A model generated the notes under the pieces. The model searched no databases and was not told where the DNA came from. It saw nothing but the letters and a program-made list of their open reading frames with translations. Shown here piece after piece: positions 56,788-64,000 of a stretch of 64,000 nt of DNA. Every line of letters starts with the position of its first letter. Position 1 is the first letter of the stretch. The position numbers were made by a program, and so were the translations under genes. Source of the DNA: Naegleria gruberi (Eukaryota); assembly GCA_000004985.1 (NCBI GenBank), contig GG738878.1. One strand, 5' to 3'.

Positions 56788-58440
56788 ATGCCTGAAATTG
56801 CACTTCAGGAGGAGGTGGTTATTATTTATGATTCTGGATTCAGAAATTATTCAAATATTCAAAATGATGCCTCAACTGATCTTTCTCCCATCAATCTTCC
56901 AAGAGAAATAATTTCATCAATTTTTGAATATTTAGACGAAACAACACTAATGCACTCAATCCGATTAGTTTCTACGGGTTGGAATGCCATACTCGAAGAT
57001 GATCTCATGATCGGACCAGTTTCTTTATTTTCCAACCATCAAATTATTCAACATCAACAATTGACTGATCTTTCGAATAGAAACACATGTATTGATCATC
57101 AAATAATTTCAATATTCAAGAACTTCGTTAGATATCACAAATCATACATTTTGGAATTTAAAAAATTCACTCTAGATTCGTATTTGACTTTCACAATTGA
57201 CCGAAAACAACGTGAAAAGTTTTTTTCTGTAAAATCGACTCCAGATGTGGAATGGCACAATTTGGATTTCACAGACGATACCAATGATTCAGATTATTTA
57301 AAATCATTAGTTTTGGAAAATATTGGAAATTGTAATTCGAATGACAAGATTAATTGGTTTACCATATTTAGAAATGCCAAGAATGATTGTATTTCTTTCC
57401 ATACTTTTTTGGAAAAGAGAAAACAATCAATGGATAGAACGAATTTATTATATAGAAAATTGTACTTTCCATTAATGATATTTTTATTTATTATTTTTGG
57501 AATTTTACTTTTATGTAATTTTAACTATTTCCAAAAAGGGGAATTTAATTATTTTCTACTAATTTGCTTTTCTCCCTTATTCATGATACTAGTTCTATTA
57601 ACTAATATTCCATTCACTTTAATTGGAATATTAATTAAGGATTACAATGTACTTCAAAAAGAATTACAAAAGAGAGATTTCTATTTTAGGACATCTCCTT
57701 CCAGTGAAACTTACAAAGAATTAAGAATTAGAATACTCACTCGATTATTTTCCAAAATTGCGATTCAAATTTCCTTATTCTCACTCTTACTTTCCATTTT
57801 AGCATTTGCCATTTTACAATGCTTTGCACTGGTATTTCCATTAAAAATCGAACCATACGAATATGCAAGCATTTACAATTTTAGAGCTTTACTTTCACAT
57901 GGAATATTCGTAACTGCTCCGTTTTTCATAGCCTCACCAATTACCTCCCTATTCTTTGTGGCAACAGATTCGGTTTTCATTCAATACGTTATTCTAAACA
58001 AACACTATATTACTTTGTTAGTGGATTATGTTGTACATCTGGGAGCAGGTTTGCTTCCAGTTGGAATTCTCATTACTGACATTTATGTAACAGGGTATTT
58101 GATTTCTTTCGTATTGTTGAGTTGTTTCTTTGGAGCAATGGACATGTTTCTTTTTGTTGGGCTTGTGGATTATTTCAAAAGGAAGAGATTAAGTTTATTG
58201 ACATTTATTAGATCTGAATATTTGCTTTTATTGGATAGATTATGCTTGATGGTTGCTTTCTTAATACTAATTGGATTTCCAATTGGTTGTTTTGTAATGG
58301 CATTTGACGTCTATCAAAATGGAGTGATTTATGCAAGCTTTTTGATTGGTGGCATGTCAATACTGTTATGTTACATTGGATTCTCATTTTGCTTGAAAGA
58401 ATCAGTTTACCTAATGGCCAAACCTACAGCATTACTTTAA
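56788..58440 (+). CDS. F-box-like domain protein with C-terminal polytopic membrane domain
   Basis: 550 aa. The N-terminal INLPREIISSIFEYLDETTLMHSIRLVSTGWNAIL is an F-box pattern. The C-terminal ~330 aa contain about 8 hydrophobic helices (LMIFLFIIFGILLLC, LLICFSPLFMILVLL, IQISLFSLLLSILAFAILQCFALVF, and others). Confidence 0.5.
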   Translation: MPEIALQEEVVIIYDSGFRNYSNIQNDASTDLSPINLPREIISSIFEYLDETTLMHSIRLVSTGWNAILEDDLMIGPVSLFSNHQIIQHQQLTDLSNRNTCIDHQIISIFKNFVRYHKSYILEFKKFTLDSYLTFTIDRKQREKFFSVKSTPDVEWHNLDFTDDTNDSDYLKSLVLENIGNCNSNDKINWFTIFRNAKNDCISFHTFLEKRKQSMDRTNLLYRKLYFPLMIFLFIIFGILLLCNFNYFQKGEFNYFLLICFSPLFMILVLLTNIPFTLIGILIKDYNVLQKELQKRDFYFRTSPSSETYKELRIRILTRLFSKIAIQISLFSLLLSILAFAILQCFALVFPLKIEPYEYASIYNFRALLSHGIFVTAPFFIASPITSLFFVATDSVFIQYVILNKHYITLLVDYVVHLGAGLLPVGILITDIYVTGYLISFVLLSCFFGAMDMFLFVGLVDYFKRKRLSLLTFIRSEYLLLLDRLCLMVAFLILIGFPIGCFVMAFDVYQNGVIYASFLIGGMSILLCYIGFSFCLKESVYLMAKPTALL

Positions 58441-58896
58441 TTTATTTTGTAATCGAAAACTTATTTTTTCGTCAAATAATCCCGTACAAGGTATAACAGT
58501 GTTATAGATCTATTTCCATTGTGATTATTATTTCCATAATGTTGATAAAGTTCACATTCAATGATTTGATTCCAACATTATTTTGAAGACAAACATCTTT
58601 ACATTTTCTTGTTTCAAGGATTGTTTTTAGTTTGGGTATTCTCTTGTTGATGATTGTGAATAATGTGTTTATGTTGGCTTTTGAACTCTTTGATTCAGCA
58701 AAGTATTTGGTTGGATATGTCTGTGCAGGTATGTTCTGATCCTTTGAAGAGAGGTTTGACAATGAAGTGAGTCTCTAGCCTTCTTTGTTCGAGCAAAGAC
58801 ATAATCTATGGAGAGAGTAGATAGTCCACTTGTGTTGAATTGGAAATGGAAAGAAATTAGCCATTTCTCTTCGGCTCCAAGAATCTAGGTCGTGAA

Positions 58897-59881
58897 GTGG
58901 CCACACAGAAAATCAACAAGAAAAAAAAAATGGATGAAGTTACAACTCTCTACCCTCATGTTGAAAAGTGGCTGAAATCAATAGTGCACAATTTCCAAGA
59001 TTTCAAAGAGGCCATGTCGGCACTAACCACTATTAAAAGTATTTGTCAAAATATAATTTTACAACCTTCAGATGAAAAAGTTAAAAAGATACGATTGACC
59101 AATCCACGCTTTGTTGCGAGTGTAGGAAAATTGCCAGGTGCCATCAATCTTCTTTGTTTAATAGGATTTGATAAAGTTATACAAGACAAGGAAGAATATT
59201 TAATATTTGGTTCAAATGATTTGACACCCCTCAAGACCATGCAATCAGTAATTTCTGCCATAATCAAAAGTAACGATCTCAACACTGAATCTACCAATCC
59301 AATTATTGAGCAAGTGTTAACCATGGCAAACAAGAGTATCGAAGAGCAAAAATTATTCTTACTGAAACGTACAGTAACTGATCGTTGCAATATGACAGGA
59401 ATGTTTTTTCTTGGGTATGCTTCTGGGTGTTTTGCTGATGGTAGAAATCTAGAATGGAAGAAAGAAGTTATACGAATTGCCATCAACTGTTTCAAATTTG
59501 ATTGGTTGCAACCAGTTATGAAAGATATCGAGTTCTTTCCGTGCTTGTCTTCTGAATTGGAGAAGAGTAAATATTTGGTGACATGGCTCTGTATTGGTAG
59601 ACTATTCGAATGCTATGAGTCTGTAGTGGTAAGGATACAACAGCTGCACAGTATTGCTGGAAGCATGGCAATGTTTTTGAAAAATAGGAATGATGAATAT
59701 TTTTCTTCTTGGGGTCCTAAATGGATAGATCATTTATTGGAATGCATTGATGATGCTGGCATTTGTAAAAACTTTTTATTGACACTCACATGTTTGATTG
59801 AGGATTTCAATGTCATTGACAACTTCTTGCATGGTACTAAGAAAGTTTTTGTTAGAACAGAAGAAATAGGGACAAATATCT
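58897..59881 (+). CDS. PUB (PNGase/UBA or UBX)-domain protein, 3'-truncated by scaffold gap
   Basis: The ORF runs into the N gap at 59882. It carries a PUB-domain signature (KIRLTNPRFVASVGKLPGAINLLCLIGF, compare NPKYR.IRL.N..F...V.....G...L...GF). It is unclear whether it is an independent gene or the 5' part of the downstream kinase. Confidence 0.45.
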
Positions 59882-59931
59882 NNNNNNNNNNNNNNNNNNN
59901 NNNNNNNNNNNNNNNNNNNNNNNNNNNNNNN
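59882..59931. other. Scaffold gap (50 N); a second identical-length gap lies at 61924-61973
   Basis: Runs of exactly 50 n. Both fall at boundaries of the tandemly duplicated unit, which is typical of unresolved repeat assembly. Confidence 0.95.
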
Positions 59932-60488
59932 GGATATTATTGAACAGATCATTGAACAAGTTGGAATTGGAATTCATTCTTTGCATTCAAAGGAATTAGC
60001 TCATCGTGATAGCAAATATTTTGGTCAGTGGTTCAAACAAGCTCTTCATTTGCTTGTGTGATTTTGATTTTGTCAATGATAACCTCACAACATCCTTATC
60101 TATTGTGGGGACTCCAAAATATCTTCCTCCTGAAATGATTAGTCAGGGGATCCTTTTAAAGAAGAATAGTACAAAGATTGACATTTGGTGCTTTGGAATA
60201 ATCATTTTTAGAATATTGTGTGAATTACTTGGTATTGATTGTTTTTCAGATTGTCCTGAAGAGATACTCGTAGAAGATGATATAAGATTAGGAAGAGCAA
60301 AGGATAGCGAACAATTGAGACAATATCTGGATAAGAAACTTTCAACATCAGAGCTATTGATCAATTATACTTTGGGAGAAGGAAGAAGAATCACCCGATT
60401 TATTGAACTTACGAGGCAATTACTCGAATACCAATATGAGAAGAGGCCAAATGCTTCCACATTAATTGAACTCATTCAGACTCCTTGA
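59932..60488 (+). pseudogene. Protein kinase C-terminal fragment, copy 1 of the 62196..62930 gene, with a frameshifting 8-nt deletion in the catalytic-loop codons
   Basis: 59932-60488 aligns with 62373-62930. Copy 2 reads gctcatcgtgatttgaaggaagcaaat (HRDLKEAN). Copy 1 reads gctcatcgtgatagcaaat, which loses the HRDLK frame. The 5' part is hidden by the 50-N gap. Confidence 0.45.
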
Positions 60489-60673
60489 TAAAAATTCGAA
60501 TTAGTAATTTTTCCATTAGCTCTTTTGAGAGCTTTGAAAATTCTCACTGGACACAATTCAAGATTGAAAGTGGTTGTCTCACTCCATCCCTATGTTTTGG
60601 ATCTGACTTTGTAAAACAAATTGATTCATGTAATGTTGAAATTCCTATTATTCTAAGGTTTGAAAATCATTAA
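60485..60673 (+). pseudogene. Fragment of the saccharopine-dehydrogenase-like gene 3' end, carried inside the duplicated block (a second fragment lies at about 62930-63130)
   Basis: Its translation ...FKIESGCLTPSLCFGSDFVKQIDSCNVEI matches the C-terminus of the 17718..19055 gene, and the nucleotide sequence is the reverse complement of ~17718-17870. Confidence 0.5.
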
Positions 60674-60948
60674 TAAGCTCAAATAGTTGAGTGCTTTGAA
60701 CTCTTTTTGAAAGTTCTCATGCTGGTTATTTTGTAAAACTACTTGGTCGGGATTCATTTCCGACACAGAGCAACATATGTGTCTGTTTTGCTGTTAAAAA
60801 AGGACGCACAAATATCATCATCACTTGTGTCTATTGCCAAACTATACTGACACAGTATTTAAGGAAGAGATTTTGAAACCATGATCCAAAAAACAACAAC
60901 AAAAAAACAACTGAATATCTCTTGTAATTTACCTAGAATTCTATAATA

Positions 60949-61851
60949 ATGTCTTCTAATCAACAAAATCAATACACTTCTGTAATTGTTATTGGAGCTG
61001 GTGGAAATTGTGGTCTCGAAATTGCCAAAGCAATCTTGGAACATTACCCACAAGTCAAGTTGACCTTGCATGTTAGAAATGAGGAAAAGGTTGCCTCTTT
61101 GAAAGAAAAGGGAGGTAATGTAATTGTTGGGGATATTCTCTCAACAAGTGAAGAGGAGCTCGTAAATGCATTGTCTGGTAAAGAGGTAGTCATTACTGCT
61201 CTTGCAGCTAATCCTGAGCTATTGCTTAAAGGTCAATTGAAACTCATTGAAGCTTCCAAGAAGGCAGGTGTTAAAAAGTACCTTCCAACAACCTATGGTT
61301 TGAATTTAAATCTTTTCAAACCCGAGGAAAGTATGTTAAATGATGCCAAGTTCAAAATTACTGAAACTATCAAACAAAGTGGTTTAGAATGGACTCAAGT
61401 GAATGTAGGAATCTTTGCTCATATGGCTTCCTTCTTATTATTCACCAAGTTTGATGCAGAAACCAAGACAGTTCATTACAATGGTGATTTGAGTGAAAAG
61501 GTTGATGTTAGCTTTTTAGAAGATATTGGAAAGTTTGTAGCTAAATCTGCTATCAGAAAGGATATTGTTGGTGATATTAATGTTGCTTCTGACACTTTGA
61601 CAGTTAAGGAAATTGCTCATTTCATTCATGGTGAAAATATTGAATTCAAACAAGATCAAACAGCAGCTGATTGGATTAAATCCATCCAAGAAAGAATTGC
61701 CGAAAAGTTAAATTCTCCAAGTGAATTATTTCCAATTCTTTTGGAGCAATTAAGATGGACAATTATTTCAGGAAGAAGAGTTGAAAGCTCCAATAATAAT
61801 CTCTTCCAAGATATCAAGCCAAGATTATTCAAAACAATCAATCAACAATAA
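60949..61851 (+). CDS. NmrA-like NAD(P)-binding oxidoreductase (copy 2 of 3)
   Basis: 300 aa, differing from copy 1 at about 7 residues. It has the same promoter-proximal sequence, including the element ccgacacagagcaacatatgtgtc. Confidence 0.65.
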   Translation: MSSNQQNQYTSVIVIGAGGNCGLEIAKAILEHYPQVKLTLHVRNEEKVASLKEKGGNVIVGDILSTSEEELVNALSGKEVVITALAANPELLLKGQLKLIEASKKAGVKKYLPTTYGLNLNLFKPEESMLNDAKFKITETIKQSGLEWTQVNVGIFAHMASFLLFTKFDAETKTVHYNGDLSEKVDVSFLEDIGKFVAKSAIRKDIVGDINVASDTLTVKEIAHFIHGENIEFKQDQTAADWIKSIQERIAEKLNSPSELFPILLEQLRWTIISGRRVESSNNNLFQDIKPRLFKTINQQ

Positions 61852-61973
61852 TATTGTTTCACATTAATATCTATTAATAAAAGATGCTAGAATAATATCT
61901 TCTTCTTCATCATCATCGTCATGNNNNNNNNNNNNNNNNNNNNNNNNNNNNNNNNNNNNNNNNNNNNNNNNNN

Positions 61974-62930
61974 TATTTTCCTGTCTTTCTTAGTCAATAC
62001 TTGCGTGACAATTACAAAGATCCAAGATATATAGGAAATGGTAACTTTGGAACTGTTTATTTGGTAACTCATCAATATTTCGATGAAAGAAAAGCAATCA
62101 AACAGTTTTCATTGAGGCAAGAGATAGAAATTGATGAACTAATGAAATGTGTAAGTGTCTTGTCATTTTGATAGTGCTAAAAAGCAAAGTATGAATTGAT
62201 TGGCAAAGATTCTCCTCATGTTCTTCCTGTGGAAGGAGTTTTTAAAACTAAAATTAAGGATGACCTTTTTGGCCTGGAAGTTTTGACACCAAAAATGGAA
62301 ATGTCATTAGATGTTTATTTACGAAAGCACTTGTTTGCAAATTCAAAACCACTGTCAACAAAATTGGATATTATTGAACAGATCATTGAACAAGTTGGAA
62401 TTGGAATTCATTCTTTGCATTCAAAGGAATTAGCTCATCGTGATTTGAAGGAAGCAAATATTTTGGTCAGTGGTTCAAACAAGCTCTTCATTTGCTTGTG
62501 TGATTTTGATTTTGTCAATGATAACCTCACAACATCCTTATCTATTGTGGGGACTCCAAAATATCTTCCTCCTGAAATGATTAGTCAGGGGATCCTTTTA
62601 AAGAAGAATAGTACAAAGATTGACATTTGGTGCTTTGGAATAATCATTTTTAGAATATTGTGTGAATTACTTGGTATTGATTGTTTTTCAGATTGTCCTG
62701 AAGAGATACTCGTAGAAGATGATATAAGATTAGGAAGAGCAAAGGATAGCGAACAATTGAGACAATATCTGGATAAGAAACTTTCAACATCAGAGCTATT
62801 GATCAATTATACTTTGGGAGAAGGAAGAAGAATCACCCGATTTATTGAACTTACGAGGCAATTACTCGAATACCAATATGAGAAGAGGCCAAATGCTTCC
62901 ACATTAATTGAACTCATTCAGACTCCTTGA
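61974..62930 (+). CDS. Protein kinase (divergent; Gly-loop GNGNFGTV, AIK, HRDLKEAN, DFDF in place of DFG, GTPKYLPPE), 5'-truncated by scaffold gap, at least two exons
   Basis: Exon a runs from after the gap at ~61974 to 62150 (...YIGNGNFGTVYLVTHQYFDERKAIKQFSLRQEIEIDELMKC). A ~39-nt intron (gtaagt..aaag) is the only splice that keeps the frame, and exon b is ~62190..62930. The second half duplicates 59932..60488. Confidence 0.55.
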
Positions 62931-63261
62931 TAAAAATTTGAATTAGTAATTTTTCCATTAGCTCTTTTGAGAGCTTTGAAAATTCTCACTGGACACAATT
63001 CAAGATTGAAAGTGGTTGTCTCACTCCATCCCTCTGTTTTGGATCTGACTTGTAAAACAAATTGATTCATGTAATGTTGAAATTTTATAAATAATTTCCA
63101 TATTTTCGAAAATTCCTAAAATTCTAAGGTTTGAAAATCATTAATAAGCTCAAATCGTTGAGTGCTTTGAAAGTTCTCACTGGAAAATCTTGTATTTTGT
63201 CCAAACAACAACAACAAAAAAACAACTGAATATCTTATAATTTATTACCTAGAATTCTAAA

Positions 63262-64000
63262 ATGTCTTCTAATCAACAAAATCAATACACTTCTGTAATT
63301 GTTATTGGAGCTGGTGGAAATTGTGGTCTCGAAATTGCCAAAGCAATCTTGGAACATTACCCACAAGTCAAGTTGACCTTGCATGTTAGAAATGAGGAAA
63401 AGGTTGCCTCTTTGAAAGAAAAGGGAGCTAATGTAATTGTTGGGGATATTCTCTCAACAAGTGAAGAGGAGCTCGTAAATGCATTGTCTGGTAAAGAGGT
63501 AGTCATCACTGCTCTTGCAGCTAATCCTGAGCTATTGCTTCAAGGTCAATTGAAACTCATTGAAGCTTCCAAGAAGGCAGGTGTAAAAAAGTACCTTCCA
63601 ACAACCTATGGTTTGAATTTAAATCTTTTCAAACCTGAGGAAAGTATGTTAAATGATGCCAAGTTCAAATTACTGAAACTATCAAACAAAGTGGTTTAGA
63701 ATGGACTCAAGTGAATGTTGGAATCTTTGCTCATATGGCTTCCTTCTTATTATTCAACAAGTTTGATGCAGAAACCAAGACAGTTCATTACAATGGTGAT
63801 TTGAGTGAAAAGGTTGATGTTAGCTTTTTAGAAGATATTGGAAAGTTTGTAGCTAAAGCTGCTATCAGAAAGGATATTGTTGGTGATATTAATGTTGCTT
63901 CTGACACTTTGACAGTTAAGGAAATTGCTCATTTCATTCATGGTGAAAATATTGAATTCAAACAAGATCAAACAGCAGCTGATTGGATTAAATCCATCCA
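63262..64000 (+). pseudogene. NmrA-like gene copy 3, partial at the window end, with a 1-nt homopolymer deletion causing a frameshift at about 63668
   Basis: Copy 2 has gccaagttcaaaattactgaaact; copy 3 has gccaagttcaaattactgaaact (one A fewer). The ORF then terminates (…AKFKLLKLSNKVV*), but the downstream sequence in the -1 frame still encodes the NmrA-like protein. This could be real decay or a homopolymer sequencing error. Confidence 0.45.

Larger units (their letters stand above)
59932..64000. repeat. Two tandem copies (B: ~59932-61923; C: ~61974-64000+) of a ~2-kb unit [kinase 3' part - SDH-like 3' fragment - NmrA-like gene - F-box 3' fragment], each preceded by a 50-N scaffold gap
   Basis: Direct comparison: 60006-60488 matches 62460-62930; 60490-60950 matches ~62935-63261 (copy C has internal deletions or insertions in the spacer); 60949- matches 63262-. 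Confidence 0.75.

Noticed and set aside
59882-59931. N-runs (also 61924-61973) as biological features; ORFs translated through them (58897..59943 X-containing tail; 61887..62075 -).
   Set aside because: Runs of exactly 50 N are assembly gap placeholders. ORF segments spanning them are artefacts.
1-64000. Prokaryotic or operon-style interpretation (phage, defence island, CRISPR).
   Set aside because: Spliceosomal introns with GTAAGT donors, eukaryote-specific domain families (IP3R, calpain, WD40, F-box, MYND, Zn2Cys6, mitochondrial carrier) and the absence of Shine-Dalgarno-spaced operons all point to a eukaryotic nuclear locus.

Overview
This window is nuclear DNA from an AT-rich eukaryote, almost certainly a dictyostelid social amoeba. 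Coding GC is too high for D. discoideum, so it is more likely Polysphondylium/Heterostelium- or D. fasciculatum-like. The evidence is: short (40-160 nt) GT..AG introns whose donors are nearly always GTAAGT/GTATGT; very AT-rich intergenic DNA; N/Q/S/T-rich low-complexity protein tracts; and a gene content typical of Dictyostelia. That content includes an IP3-receptor-like channel (iplA-type), an Mps1/TTK kinase, an ABCB half-transporter, a calpain-like protease, an EF-hand mitochondrial carrier, F-box proteins and a Zn2Cys6 factor. Genes are dense, about 30 in 64 kb, on both strands.

The ORF track was computed with TTG/GTG/CTG allowed as starts, so many of its 'M' residues are not ATG. I re-anchored starts on ATG where I could. 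I also stitched exons by reading splice sites directly. All splice coordinates are hand-derived and may be off by 1-2 nt.

Two 50-nt N runs (59882-59931 and 61924-61973) are scaffold gaps.

The most notable observations are:
(1) A plant-type CBL-interacting protein kinase (CIPK) sits next to an N-myristoylated NCS/CBL-like 4-EF-hand sensor gene on the same strand. The kinase has a DFGLSAL activation loop, a NAF/FISL motif and a C-terminal PPI-like region.
(2) A glycine-rich gene (~10785-14430, minus strand) carries a tandem array of 9- and 18-nt micro-exons. Each is flanked by GTAAGT..TAG mini-introns in ~60-bp genomic repeat units, upstream of a large unrecognised C-terminal domain.
(3) A segmental duplication copies an NmrA-like gene, with the 3' ends of its neighbours, in inverted orientation at ~16.4-17.9 kb and twice in tandem at ~60-64 kb. 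The tandem copies also carry a protein-kinase gene, and two copies show frameshifting indels.

No prokaryotic features, CRISPR arrays or rRNA genes are present. One truncated tRNA-like element with a Pol III T-run terminator is.
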